A stretch of DNA of 64,000 nucleotides from Eledone cirrhosa (Eukaryota): positions 303,862,001 through 303,926,000 of the forward strand of contig OZ024742.1 in NCBI GenBank assembly GCA_964016885.1. The letters are read 5' to 3'. A program made the position numbers and the translations under genes. The notes beneath the pieces were generated by a model. The model saw only the letters and a program-made list of their open reading frames with translations, ran no database searches and had not been told where the DNA came from. Below, piece after piece: positions 12,224 through 27,311 of this stretch (positions are counted from its first letter, which is position 1; each line of letters begins with the position of its first letter).

Positions 12224-14540
12224 TAGGCATATGGCTTTTTTACAACCCCATATTGAGTTTTTTGTCATAAAGAAAGAATTAGAGTAGTTTTTTTGTAAAT
12301 TTTGAAAAAAATTCTTGCACATAATGAATTATATTTTTAATTTTTTGGTAATTAGCCAGTCCCATAAAATAAATACCTAAAACAATAAATTATGACAATA
12401 AAAAATATATTTTAATTATTAGTTAAACAAAATTTAATCTCTAAGGTTCTACTACTTTTATAAAATGGCAAAAGGTCCTTCACAACTTTTACAGCTCGCT
12501 CAACGCAAATGTTCGAGCGTTGCGTCACAATTGGAGATTCTTCATTAGACCAAAATTTTCTGACGGTGTTTGCAGCCTTTTCACACTTGGCCTTATTTAG
12601 TTGGTCAATGAGTTTCTGCTTGCAGTTGACTTGAGAACCACATTTTTCCCCACAGATGTATTCGGCACCAGCGCGCAGCTTCGCTCGTTCAGCAGGCATC
12701 AAAATAAACCCAAGCAACAAATAAATTACTCGGCTATTCCAACGAGCATTGTGCAAATTAGGTAATTTCTTAAAATTTATTTTAGGAAACGAACCGTTTT
12801 CAAAGAAATGTTTCACGACTATCTGAAGGATATCCATGTCACTTCTCCAGCGCGTCGGGGTTTCATTAATTTCCGTCGTTCCATTTGAAAAGTTCTGCTT
12901 CAGTTCGTCATAGTTCTTTAAAATGGCCTCAACAAAGTAATAATTAATATATGGCGAAGTTGTTTTGCTACTATATAGCTGATCAAAATAAACTTTCAAT
13001 CCACGGTCTAAAATGTGGTACTGGCATCCAACATATAATGGCTTGCTGTAACCGCAAGCGCGAACTCACTGTTGAGCATTGCAACAACTCCTGCCTTTTT
13101 GCCGGTATTGACACTAGTTGTGTCGGAGACTATCATCACGATAGATTCCCACAGTTCATATTTGTCAATAACTTCTTTCAATCCATTAAATATAGTAAGA
13201 GCCTTTCGATCGGTTAATGCCATCGGTCTCAGGCGTATTTCTTTCTCATCATTTTTTTTATCATTACAACCTGATATTCTACGTCTCTCATTCGTTTTCC
13301 ATCAAAATGAAGGCTCCATTTTTCCCTTTTGAGTTCATTTTTCCACTTTTCCATGAGTTTCTCACCTTCTCTGATAACTGCTTTGTGCAATGCCGACTGA
13401 CTCAGGGTGCTCACCTTAATACCACCACTTTTAAATTCTTTGCAAACTGCTGCTGCTTTTCTACTAACTAATTTAGTATTTCTTACTAGGTTAACAGCAT
13501 GAGCTGTGTTTTCTCTGTTTCGTTTTTTTTTTCTGCTGAAGGTGAAGGTGAAGGTTTGTAATCGCTGGTATTTGTATCGGTGTCACTGTAACTTTCATTT
13601 GAGTCCAGATGAATGTATGAGCAGGATGGCTTATCATGATCTAGTTCTTGTTTTTTGTTTTTAATTCTCTTAGAAGGATGAATTTTCTTTTCACTGTATA
13701 TTTTCATTGTAGTATACCCAACCTTTCCACAACTCTCAACTTGCTTTTCATAAAATGATAAATCTTCGGCTGCTAACTATATCCCATATCTTTTTGTAAT
13801 GTCAAACAGATTATTGAAATTCGTAGAGCCAGGTCTTTTCACTTCTTTTTCCTTTTTTTAAAATTATTTTTTCAATTTTTCGAGGTATTGAAAGTTTGTT
13901 GATAGTTGGAAAGCTGAATTTTTCCCATAAACTTTCACATTCTCCAGTAATTATCTTAATTTTTTTCTGGTATTTTTCTCTTCAGCAGCAAGAGTAATAT
14001 ATCTATCAACGATCTGTTGCTCAGTAGATAGCTTGCAAAATTCGATTAATGAACTTTGAAGTTTCGTTTTCCTAGATTTCTTTCTCTTCTCAAAATGACA
14101 AATATTTTGTGCCCAAATTTTTTTACTTTCCTCTTTAGCAACTGGATTTTTATACATCTGAAATGTATAATATTAATATAATATAATTATAAATATTAAA
14201 ATATATTAATAAATATACCTCGCAAATTTTAATTTATTCTATTTATATATTTTATGAATTTTATTAACAGATTAAACTGACAAATAAGTGATGAATTTGA
14301 AGAAGAATACTATATTTTATAAACTGTTAAATTGTACACTATATTTTTATTACATACACACGTATATTGTATATGCAATTCTATATTAGTTAATCAATGT
14401 TAAAGAATCTACCTTGTGCAAGAGTTTTTAAAATTCTAATATTTTTTAACATGCTCACAATTATTTTCTAGTAAAAGTTCATCTGAAAATGGCATGCTCA
14501 TTTATTTTTTTAACAAAAGTGTACTTTAGGAATATGCCTA
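12224..14540 (-). mobile_element. hAT-superfamily DNA transposon (hATm-like), both ends present, coding region decayed
   Basis: TIR TAGGCATAT/ATATGCCTA. 8-bp TSD ACATGCAT (12216-12223) / ACGTGCAT (14541-14548), one mismatch. Transposase fragments inside. Confidence 0.85.
12412..14160 (-). pseudogene. Frameshifted hAT-like DDE transposase
   Basis: Motifs in successive frames: WSLHFDGK, SDTTSVNTGKKAGV, GCQYHILD (CxxH), HNARWNSR, SNICVERAVK. Confidence 0.8.
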
Positions 14541-14586
14541 ACGTGCATACATACATACAAAAATACATACATACATATATATATAT

Positions 14587-14617
<31 letters not shown>

Positions 14618-14646
14618 CATGCATACATACTTATATACATACATAC

Positions 14647-14970
14647 ATGATGGCTGCCCCCTCGTTATCGAGTATGGCCATTGCACGGCATAACATTATT
14701 AATAATTATCAATGTGAGGATTCTTTTCAAAGTGAGGAAGGACTGTACACTGAGCCTATCCCCTCTCGGAGCAACAGTTGGTTAAACCCGAAAAGACATC
14801 AACATCATCGGTAACTACTGAGCCGCAGGTTTTATGTCGGAATTATCCCAGTTTCCTGAGTTGCCGTCTCCTAGACATATGCCCTGACAACGGCTTGTGG
14901 TGCTTCACTCCCAGTGATTTAACCACGCGATCAGGTATCCAGCCCGATTATTTCTATGTCCCCACGCGCA
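14647..14970. mobile_element. (TACA)n-associated interspersed repeat
   Basis: Similar starts after (TACA)n at 14647, 15097 and 45888 (CATG[A/G]TGGC[T/A]GC...CGAGTA). The block AAAGTGAGGAA.GGA...GC.TATCCC.CTCTC is shared with about 46054-46095. Confidence 0.55.
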
Positions 14971-16126
14971 TATACATACACATGCATACATACATACATA
15001 CATACATACATACATACATACATACATACATACATACATAGATACATACATACATAGATACATACATACATACATACATACATACATACATACATACATG
15101 ATGGCAGCTACCTCGCGCCCGAGTATAGCCATTGGTTTAAATTTTCAAATATGCTTCTGCATGTGTCTAACAAGGCTGTGACATTTATGCCAGCAAATGA
15201 CCTACATTTCTTGGCACAGATGTTACAGCATGGTATTTGGCAACAAGAATCGAAGAATTTGCTGACAAGTATTTTCATGTGCCGCCTCAGACCTCTTGCA
15301 CGATACACTTAAGGTACTGCCAAGATACTCAAAATTAGAATATAATCTCACAACTGTTTTCAAGGAAACGTTGCTTAAATATACAACTGGTCTGTTGCAA
15401 TTGTAGTCCTCTAGAATCGAAATTTTCTCCTGAAAGAAACCAGATTAATATTGTCGACCTTTCAAATTAACCCTAGGCTCTTTTTTTTAAAACAGGACTT
15501 ATCTAAATTTGGTTTTGATAAAGTTACCTCCCTTTTCATTTACAAAATTTAAGTTATTTGTCTAATTATAGAAACAAATCGGGATAACATTCATGTTTTA
15601 TCCCAACATTCATTCATATATTCTGTTTTCTGTGCTGTATTCTTTCCTTTTATTTTTTTGTTATACTAATTTTCATGATAAAAAATTGTATAGTTGTTGC
15701 TGGTTTGCCAGAAGCTAGCAGTGATCACGCAGATACCTAATGAAAGACGTTCCTCATATGGACTTCATTTGTTTTGCTTTTTACAAATCAATGTATCCAA
15801 TGTGGGTCTTTAAAGGTAGTTATGAATTGATATATGGATGAAAATACGAGCAGTCATGTTTCAATGTCCTTGTTTATATGAATTTGTAATTCACAAATGA
15901 AATAGTAAATTGATGTATGATATTGGTGTAAATAGGTATATGCATCGTTTATAAAGGCGTATTACATAATTATTACTTTAAATTAGCTAGTAAAGAAAGA
16001 AAGTCAATGTGCATATATTTTCAGACCCTCTCGCACAATGTGGTGTTAGATGTATAGATGTGAGTAAGAGTGGAAATGTGTGTTAGTAAGAGATGTATTA
16101 TCGATTACACCACACACACATACACA

Positions 16127-16201
<75 letters not shown>

Positions 16202-16289
16202 TACATATATATATATATACTTGGATTTGGGGGCCTCTGTTGTATATATATGCACTTGTGCGTACATATATATATACACACCTGTATGG

Positions 16290-16608
16290 ATTTGTGTGTG
16301 TAGATGTGTGTGTGTGTCTGAGGAGGTAGGTGTGAGTGTATGTACAAGTCAACCAACATAAGTCTTTTTATTTCTAAAATTTCTAAACTTTCTAAGTATT
16401 TGACTCTAACCATAATTTTCAGTATTACCACCCCACACAAATTCCTCAATTTGTATGTGTGGATATGTGTGGATATGTGTGTGTGTCTGTGGGGTGGGTG
16501 TGAGTGTATGTGCAAGTCAACAACATAAGTCTTTTTATATGTAAATTTTCTAGTATTCTACTCTAACCATAATTTTCAGTAGTACCACCCTACATACATT
16601 CCTCAATT
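16290..16608. repeat. Diverged tandem duplication, unit about 165 bp
   Basis: GTGTGAGTGTATGT.CAAGTCAA...CTCTAACCATAATTTTCAGTA.TACCACCC...TTCCTCAATTT occurs twice. Confidence 0.85.
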
Positions 16609-16916
16609 TAAGAATGACTTGTAGTATCGAATTTCATACTATAAACCTCAATTGAATATATATCTGACCAGGAATGCTTTTTGTGGAAATCACTCATATG
16701 GAACTATTGTCATCTTGCCTGACAGTTTCAACTTTACAACACCACCTGCCTCTTTGAGGTCAAATACCAACCCTACTAGCATCTACAAACTGACCAATGA
16801 GAATTAAGATTATTCCTGCTGACAACATTAAATTATTCCTAACAAGCTGATATGTCCCAAGGCTCTGATACCATCAACACCATAAACACAGATATATCAT
16901 ATCTAAGAACTGACTA

Positions 16917-16972
16917 ACTGCCTGATGAGGTCATAGCCATTCAATGGCTATCATCGAAATATATATAGCAGT
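16917..16972 (+). ncRNA. Minimal type I hammerhead ribozyme
   Basis: ACTGC-CTGATGA-GGTCATAGCCA-TTCAA-TGGCTATCATC-GAAA-TATATA-TA-GCAGT, then AATAAA at 16974. Perfect 5-bp stem I; palindromic stem III. Confidence 0.88.
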
Positions 16973-17029
16973 AAATAAAGGATTATGAGTCCATGCAATT
17001 GACTTATGTTTGTCACTATATATATATAT

Positions 17030-17592
<563 letters not shown>

Positions 17593-19789
17593 GTGTGTGT
17601 GTGTGTGTGTGCGTGTGTGTTTATATATATATGCATACCCACACATGTATATATTTATGGAGTGAGAGAGAGAGAGAACGAAAGAGAAAGAGAGAATGTG
17701 TCTTCCTGTAATCAAAATGTTTAACGTGTATTTCAACTTTTATGTAATAATCTTAATAATCTTCCTCACACTCGCTTTGACAAAAATTGTCTTCTAACCG
17801 ACTAACCGTTTCAGTAGACACCTGTTTGGGTTTATTTTTTAGCAACACGTCTTTCCTGATTAATCAAAAGTGTTCTAGCTACAAATATAGGGTTCTCTTT
17901 CCCTTCCAATCTTCCTAGTGGTGTATTGTATGTGATTATATAATTTCTTCCTATTTCTAAACGATAACATAGCCGCTCTTGTTTGAGTTTGTTACAAATA
18001 GTTTCAGCATCATAAGCGAATACAACCAGTTATTACATAGAACAAGGACTAAGTTGCAGAATTACTATTGATTCTACAACACCTGCCAGAATTATGATAA
18101 TACAAAATATTACTAGTACATCAAATTTTCTCTGCCATTATTTTTTTTGTGAATATTTTTAGTATTGAAGTATTTTGAATATATTATGTGCCCCAACAGG
18201 CATTAAAACAAAAACAAAATTATCCAGACAAGACTATTAAAGTTTATATATTATTACACCCATAAAGGAAAGCAAAATATTTCAGAAAGAAGAATATAAA
18301 TGTACTTCTATTAAATTAAAATGTCATATAAATGCTTTTTGAAAGTAGTAAAACGAACATTGGGGTGTCATAAATACTACTCTCAGTAATATACGGAGCA
18401 GGGTGTTGAGAAAATAGTACATTTACTATTTGGTTTTATACTAAGTAATATTTCAATTTTTTCTAGTTCTTATATATCAATTATAGTGACAGTAGGATAT
18501 GCTATTTGCCATACAGTATGGGTAGTCTGCCAGAAATACATTATATAATATATTTCTGGCTGAAATATATTAACTACTTATATTCCTTCAATATGCTTTC
18601 ATATAGAGGCTTAATATATATATTGTGAGACTTGATCTATGACTAACTATACCTAACTGAAGCTGCATAAACAGATCCATTCACTGGCGATAAAATACTA
18701 TCAACTATTTGAGCAATAATCATCATTCAATCAACAAGACCAATTGCCAAGCTACGAGATTAGTCCATGACAAGAAAAGATAATGATAAAAAATTAATAA
18801 CTGATGGATGAATGAAGGAATTAATGAAGCAAGACAATAATGAAATAATAGAATTATTGGAAAAAGAATGACAGATTGATTGGTGATATGAAAGAAGAAT
18901 TTGAAGTAACACGAAAGATGAAAGTGATGAAAAAAAGATGACTTTGATGGGAGAGATAGACAACAATGAGGGAACTGAAGATATTTAAATGCATCTAGAA
19001 ATAAAACTAGATACATTAGGAAGATAATTAGATGCTAGATAGTAATATAAAAGCAAGATGTAGTTGTTAGTATTTAAGTGAGAAATATATAGATAACTGA
19101 AGGATAACAACGATGAGATAAATAAAAGATAAAGAAAGTATTGAGAAAATAAAGACAAGAAATGCATGCTATTTTTCTCAGATTATATAGTTTGTCACAA
19201 AGATAGTGGAACAAGGAAATATTCGGAAGTTATATATGGAAAAAATATGAAAATTTGATAATAAAAATAAAAACGTTGTTGCAAACTAAATGATTCGGAT
19301 GTGCCAAGAGTAACTGTTACTGATAATACTCACGTTGAAATGAAAAAAATGAATTGTGAGAACATGGGAAAATACTGCCTTTATTATGATGGTAGTAGCA
19401 GAGCAGCGTGTAGGTTTTCTGTCGCTGTTGTTGTTGGAACACAGTTCTCCATTGATTGTAAACGGATTAATGTATTCTAGTGCTGTTTGTTGTGCACCTA
19501 TGAAAATGGGATACACATATTTTTCTCTTCTCTCCTGTTATCATATCAATCTATCATGCCATCATATGGTACATCAAAATCTATGATCGTACATGTTTTA
19601 GTTCTCATTATTATAAACATATCTGGTATATATGCTTTTACTACACTATTATCTGAAAAAGAAATTTTATAAGAATTTAAAATAGTAATTTTCCAAAGAA
19701 GAAAATAATGCTGTTGTGTGGTGATGTCACCATTTCTCAACTACTTCGAAACCGAAATTTCAACTAAACGTTCAATGGGTTTTTTATTA

Positions 19790-20360
19790 ATGTATATTGA
19801 CTTGTTCTATATTTTTGTAAGATAGTTTCAGGAGTCTGATAATGTTGTATATCATCGTTATATGACTGCTAATTTTGTATATCTGTATAAGATTGAACAG
19901 TTTATATGATATCTTTATATCACTAATAATCTTGTATGATATTCTTTTATGATTGATGATGTTGTATGATATCATTACATGACCGAATAGTTCATATGAT
20001 ATTTTATTTCTCATATTCTGTATGGGATCTTTAAATGATTGAACATGACTGACAATTTTTTATCATATCGCTATATGTGTGGTGATTTTGTGTATCTTTA
20101 TATGACGGATAATGTTGTATAATGTCCATATATGACAGGGGATTTTGTATATATTTATATGATGGATAATTTTGTATAATATCTTTATATTATCGATAAT
20201 GTTGTATGATATTTTTCATATGACTGACAGTGTTGTGTGTTGTGTGATATCTTTATATGACTGAAAATGTTGTATGATATCATCATATGGCAGATCAAGT
20301 TGTGTGATATCAATATAAAATTGATAATTTTGTATGATATTCTTGTATGGTAGATACTTT
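19790..20360. repeat. Degenerate minisatellite, unit about 30 bp
   Basis: Recurrent ATGACTGATAATGTTGTATGATATCTTTAT-like units. Confidence 0.8.
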
Positions 20361-20876
20361 CTGCTACATAGTTCATAATTGCTAGTTTCGTCTATTTTGT
20401 GTTCTATAAAGCTGTTACATTTTTGCTGGATTACCTTTGTTTGTTGTTTCGGTTTTGTTGTTTCTGCAAGGTTTGTTTTAATCACAAACATATTTGTTAT
20501 CAACCTTCTCATGTTATTGGATGTCCGTCGATTTTAACAACCAGTGTACCAGTTGACAGAACAACAGAACAACCTGCCAGCGAAGGTAACATGCATATAA
20601 CTGAGAATTCCACAGATACATGGATCATTAACGAAAATCCCACAGATTCAACATAACATACTGCGTGACAAGTCTGGTAAAACTCAATTTTGCTAGCTGA
20701 GTGGATTGGTGGAACATGAAATAAATTGACTTGTTTAAGAACACAACACCCTGTCAGGAATGGAACCACTGACCATTCAGTCATGAGACAAACACCCTTT
20801 CAACAGTAGGCTACGCAACTTCATATTCACATCATGATACAAATTTCTGTTTCTTCATTTTTGTCTAAATTATAAT

Positions 20877-21050
20877 TGTTTCTACTTTTGGCGCAAGGCC
20901 AGCAATTACTCAGTACATTACTGGTACATTATTTTATTGACCCCATAAGGATGAAAGGCAAAGTTAACCTCGACGGGATTTGAACTCAGACCGTAAAGGG
21001 ACGTAACTATTCTAGAAAGCATGGCGTCCAACCCTCTACCGATACTGCCA
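20877..21050 (-). mobile_element. tRNA-derived SINE (octopod-type) with 12-bp TSD
   Basis: Reverse complement of the 38524 SINE. TSD CTAAATTATAAT at 20865-20876 and 21051-21062. Confidence 0.9.
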
Positions 21051-24000
21051 CTAAATTATAATGATACGTTTTCCTAATATTTGCCAAAATAGACAGCCGC
21101 ATTTCAGAAGTTTGATACGTTTGAGGAATTAGCAATCGTAAATATTGCAAATGTTGATAATTCCTCAAGGCTTCAATAAATGTCTTATTTCTATCTCCGA
21201 CATTTCTCCCGCAACTGCCGTTGCCTCAGCTTTTCGAAGATGAATTTTCTGTATATTCTTGTGATTAATCTATTTCTTCGTATATGTATTCGAAATGGAC
21301 TTTGCTGATTACTTATATAAGTTTCTTCTCAGTGTTTTCAAAGATATGTATCTGGCTATCAAGTATCTAATCTACTACGATTGTTACACTGACTAGTCAC
21401 CTGTTGTCTTCTTTTCTTTATATATACAATTTATTTTAGGTGTTTCGCAAAAGTTATCGATTATGATTCATTAAAAGTTCCCCAACTGTTTGAAAGGCTC
21501 CCAATATTTCAATTTTGGTACTATTAACTTATTGAATCCTTTATCATTACTGTGTCCATTAAATATGGTCAATAAATTCTTTTATATATTCTTCTAAAGA
21601 GTTCTTCATCTTTATCTTTTATTACTCATGTATCACCTTAACATGTTGCAAGACAAATATTTATAAATTCATTCTTCTTCGGTAGTCTTTGTAACTTATC
21701 ATGTCGGATGACTTTCTGGAATTTTATCTTTTTTCCATTATTACCAGCATGACACCTTTGTCAATAGTAATCTTAGACTGTAATAAAAACATATATTGAA
21801 GTCTTAAATATAAGTTAGTAGGTTTCATTATTATATTTGGAAAGGATGCACCTTGGTTTTTTCTGTCGGAATATACATAATGTGTTCTGTGTTCTGTGTG
21901 TGACTATTTAATGTCTTTAATTATTTCTTCTAAACTGAAGGTCACACACTTACTTTCGATTACATTTATGTCATCTTGACTTGCCAATATCCAAGCTAAC
22001 TACATAAAATGTATTCCAACTGTTGCTGGAAGTCTTCTATCGAAGCAAACTGGGGTCATATTATTTTATTTTCGTTAGTTGATATTTATGATAGTCTCTT
22101 ATTATTATTTTCAACCATGCTGCCACCATTCAATACGTTATCTATTGTATTTCAAAATTGTTTCTGTTCAAAATAATTGGGAGATCCATTTTATGAAGAA
22201 ATCCATTTTATCGGCTAACAATTCTGTTAGTAGTTTCTACATCCTCTGAAAACATTTGATGTACATTTAGTTACTATTAAGCTTGCTCCTCGGAGTTACC
22301 CGGTACATAATGCACTGAATTGGATGCCAATTTGCTGAAAAGAAATCATGGTAATTCTGCAAGAATGTATTCTATCAGAGACAATGTTTATATTATTACT
22401 AATATAGATACACCCTGTTACAGTATACCAACCACTCTGTCTTAAACTCTGCAAAATGAACCTCTAGCAGTCTTGTATATACATTCGTCTCCTTCGCCCA
22501 CATTCAAGACAAGGCCATGGGCGTATAGACTTCAGTCACGCCTTTCAGAGGGTCATATCTTTTCTGAACGATTTGGCTAGAGTCCCAAGCGAGACCAACC
22601 GTGTTAATGGTTGGTATCCAACCACCATACTCGAGGTCGATCACTGGTTTGCACGCTAATTCGTATACCCGAAAATTCTGACCTACGATTTTTTAGAGGC
22701 ATTCCAACCACATCTTCATAGTACAGGAGCTCTGGATTATCACTTCAGAGAAGCAGTGGCTCTACCTATGTTTCCCTGATCACCGAGATATGCACATCCT
22801 CGATTAAGGTTACAGCAAAGTCGCTGCGAAAGAATCCCACTTTGGAAACTGTATTTGCAATCGTATTCATTCGGTTACTTCTCAAAGTTATTGACTATAC
22901 GTAAGAGTAGGTACGAACACTGAAATGACGTTAGCGGGTATGGCTTTTACACATACCATTCTAAAGAAGGTATAACATTATTTTAGGGACACTTTCTGCT
23001 TATTATACTTTTATATTCTGTTCTACAGAAATTTGTTTATGTCTGTGAACGCAGCTGAATGGAGATTGTTTGGAAGCCCGTCGGATAGAATGTTCCCATA
23101 ACTCAAAGAGCCAGCCATGACACACTTTATTACATAGAATCTTACTGAGAATTACACTAAGGATACGGATAACTCTTATATACTCAGTCACATGTTAATT
23201 TCATGAGCAGATTGACAGAGGTTCATTCTTGTTTAAGTCTTTTTTTTTAATTGGTCAGATATAATCTATGTTGTTAACACCCCAACAGTTAATATATTAG
23301 AATTGACACAACTTTAGAAATTAACGGCAGTTAAAATTGTAAATAAGGATGGTGATTCTACCGTCCTTCAATTTAGCTGTGAGTTCATTAATTGATATAT
23401 AACATGTTTTGTGTTATACAATGATGGAAATTATTATATGATTCATACAATAAATTGTAAGAAATTGCTATTGAAAATGGAGACGTTTGTTGATTACCAT
23501 GACTTAAAGATTAATGTGACGGCTGAAATGAGATTAATGGCTGTAGCACTTTCATATGCATTTGTGCGGTAATTGAAATAATTTGACTTGGCTTTTAAAT
23601 TGAATAATACAAATGTGTTACTGTCTTCTTTTAAGGAACTACTTACATATTACAAACCCAACTTCGATAGGTGCATGGCCTGATATATAAAGAAACGTCA
23701 ATGATATTACATGAGTATCACACCATATTTAGAATCTTTAAAGCGATACCTAAATAACAGACAATCATGAATGAGTTGATAAAATAAAATCCTTAGCAAG
23801 TCCTAATTAAACACAAGCAATCAAGAATGATACATCACAGGAAAGAAAACACGCGACATAAACTAACGACGCACTGATATTAATACAAAAACTAAAAGAT
23901 TATATATAAATGAAGAATATTTTCTAATGCTCTGTCATTAATAACACATTAAATTCTACATAATTAGAAAGAAATACGCTAGATCAAAAGAAAATAACGA

Positions 24001-24159
24001 AATTTCATTAATTAAATGAAATCAATATAATAATATATATAAAATTCAATATAAGTGACCGATTACGAATCATAAAAAAAACTATGCAATCCTCGAGAGT
24101 AAACAGAATCAAGAATAAGCCTGAAATCTTAGCAAGATACAGAATCGTAAAGAAGAAAA

Positions 24160-24565
24160 AGTATATCTGAGTATAAGGAGGCTTGAGACGAGAGTTATAA
24201 AACACCTGAATGAAATGAAACCTTTGGAGAAATGAAGCAATTAAACTTTAAAACCCTACAAGAGTACAATATTGTTTGTATACACACACACACACACACA
24301 TACACACATACACACACACGCACATATATATGTATATATATATATATATATAAATAAATATATATATATATGTATATATATATACATATATACATATATA
24401 TGTGCGTGTGTGTGTATGTGTGAATGTGTGTGTGTGTGTACAACATTAACACACGCACAATATTGTACTCTTGTAAGGTTTTAAAGTTTAATTGCTTCAC
24501 TTCTCCAAAGGTTTCATTTCATTCAGGTGTTTTATAACTCAAGCCTCCTTATACTTAGATATATA
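24160..24565. repeat. Inverted repeat (arms about 105 bp) around a CA/TA/TG microsatellite
   Basis: 24162-24275 is inverted at 24456-24563. Confidence 0.9.
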
Positions 24566-25341
24566 TATTTTTCTTTACAATACATATATATATACATATG
24601 TATATATATATATTTATTTATATATATGTATATATATATATGTCTGTCTGTGTTTGTATATATATGTGTGTGCATGTATATATATATACATATATGTGTG
24701 TATGTGTGTGTGTGTGTGTGCGTGCGTGTATATGAAATAGCCAATGAGGAAAAACAACACAGGGGAATTATACGGTGCAATAAAGATATTTATAGTAGGA
24801 AAAGTGTGTTACATTTTTGAACGTTAGTCTGTTATCAGAAGATAGAGTGAGTGGTAGAAGAAAAACATGGAAAGATAGACGTTTGTAAAGAAAGAAGGGA
24901 ACAGAAAAACATCTTTGATATATATATCGTAAACTTTAATATATAATTATTCACTTCTAAATATCAATATTTACGGTGTGCGTACATATGAATCTTGCTC
25001 TTCTCCTACACATATCTGCTAAATATTTGTGAGTGTATTTGTATATGTATGTTTATATGTATGAGGTTATGTCACCGAAAGTTTCCAAAGTCATACGTTC
25101 TAGAGAAAAACGGATTTAATTTTTGAAATCTGCATCCCAAGGTGAGTTGATCGAAATCAGCATGGTGTATTTAGTGAGACGTTTGTGTAGATCTATTTCA
25201 AAGATGGATATTTCATATCAAGGACAAAGACAGGCTCATTATGACTCTAGAAATAGCTCCCTTCAAACCTGCCCTTTGCAAATCGTCAATAATGGATTAT
25301 AAAACAAACATAATAAAAGTTTTTAAAATGTACTAAATATA

Positions 25342-25869
25342 TAAGACATCTCAAGAAACGAGGCAGCTAAAAATATCCAGATCAGAGAAGTATATGAACA
25401 CAGTTTAACTTATGCCAAAGTCCCCGGAAGAGGGCGCGGGTTGAAAGCCGAATAAATTAATACGAGAAGATTTCGCTCGGATCATAACCCTTACTGCCTA
25501 TTCTGGAACAAGGAAACAATATTAATTATCTCAATCAATTAAAACAACCAAACTTGGAAGAAAATTCCTTCATGGGAAGGGGTTTGGGAAAGGGAAAGTT
25601 ATATTGATCTGTTAGTATAAAAATAGGGTGACTGATACAAACCCTATGTTGATCGAAAGCAGTGTGATGTATTTAAAGAAACGAATGTTTATTTCGATTA
25701 CAAAGATGAATATTTGTATATCAAGGAGAGAGCAAACGAAATTTTCTAATATTAATTTATTTGGCTTACATCCCCGCTCCCACTTGGAGGCTTTGGTATA
25801 AGTTAAACTGTGTTGATATACTGCACTGATCTGGACATTTTTAGCTGTCTCGTTCATTGAGATGTCTTG
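25342..25869. repeat. Diverged inverted repeat (arms about 135 bp), MITE-like
   Basis: AAGACATCTCAA...AACACAGTTTAACTTAT.CCAAAG...AATAAATTAATA at 25342-25478 is inverted at 25735-25869. Confidence 0.75.
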
Positions 25870-26799
25870 TATGTACATCTATCACAAAACACTTTTTTTA
25901 TTTTCATGTATATATGTATATATTGATGTACATACATACATATATATATATATAATGTATAATAAACAATACAATATAATTACCTCATTACAAGAGGTTT
26001 CCCGAATAAGACGAATACGAAAGAAACGTCCTCAGTCGTTCGTCGGACAAGGCAATATAAAACATAGTGAAATATTTGTAAAGTCTCTTCAAGAAATGCA
26101 AAAAATATATATATATATATAAATAAAGGTAATGCAATAGACATATAAAATATATAAAAAAATATAAGGAAATATAGTTAGGTGTGTGTATATGTATGTA
26201 TATACACTCACAAATGTACATATGTATGTATGTACAAATGCGTGTGTATGGTGAAAATGTGTGCGTAAGTACATATATGAGGGCAAGTATATTTGTGTAT
26301 ATGTAACCACAAATACGAATATAATCTAGTTGACACGAATCCAGAACCAGGTATTAGATACACATATGAGTATGAAAGCACGCGTATAAACACACACACA
26401 TGCGCGATCACTTATATGCGCAAGATAAAGGGGGAAGGGAGTGTAATAGTTAAAAGAAAGTGTCATTCTCGATATATGTATAAAAATTAAACAATATGTG
26501 AGAAAGAAAATATGTTTAAATGAAAGAGAAAGTAGTCAATTAACACTAGAGAAAAGAAAAGAAAAGAAAAGAAAAGAAGAAAAACGCGTACATACACATA
26601 TATCTATAAAAAAAACATATATCTATAAAAAAACATATATCTACAAAAAATATATATATATACACGCAATACGTACAGACAAAAGCTACTCCTGCGGTCC
26701 CCCTATTAAATCTTATATCATCAACAAAAAATCACCTAGAGAACATCAAAATATATATACATACATACATACTTACATTTATATATATATATATATATA

Positions 26800-27045
26800 T
26801 AAGGGATAACAAAATATCGTTATAGGTAATCCAGTTAGAGGTTGTGAATACTTCGTATTATGGATAGTTTTAGCGTACGGCGTTGTTTGACTCAACAAGG
26901 GGTTTACGTAGGTGGCGAGTTATGTGTTTTCTAGTATTCCTATGTAAGTTTATCTTGGAGTAATAATACTGAAAGAGTGAAGAATAACATGGTCAACAGT
27001 ACAAAACTGGGTTTTATTTATAGCCTGACAATTGTTTCACTGATT
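26800..27045 (-). mobile_element. pLTR fragment carrying the 3' half of a hammerhead
   Basis: Minus strand GAAA-CAATTG-TC-AGG then AATAAA; homologous to 10966-11031; ends at (TA)n. Confidence 0.6.
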
Positions 27046-27311
27046 AATTTGTCTAAAAATTGCTGAACACTTGAAGCAGTGCCACTCAATTTTAAATACG
27101 TTGTTAGCTTAACCAGATCAGCTTAACATACGCACAAGGTCAGCAATTTTCGGTGAAAGTGAAGTAGATTTTCTCTTTGCTACCGCTGGAACAAAACGAT
27201 GATTTTAGTCACCGAGAAAACATACATGTTATGAAGCTGTTTGCTTGCAAACGAACCGAATATTAATAATATTATTGTAATATTATTGTAATACTATTAT
27301 TATTCACTCAC

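Noticed and set aside
20399-20656. Possible host exon (GAAG|GTAAC donor near 20585)
   Set aside because: No recognisable protein and no supporting neighbouring exons.
21300-22400. Possible old LINE RT remnant (also 56400-57250 and 58300-58750)
   Set aside because: Too decayed to support any motif by eye.
24780-24842. Minus-strand CTTCTGATAAC... as a hammerhead
   Set aside because: Core mutated; no convincing GAAA or stems.
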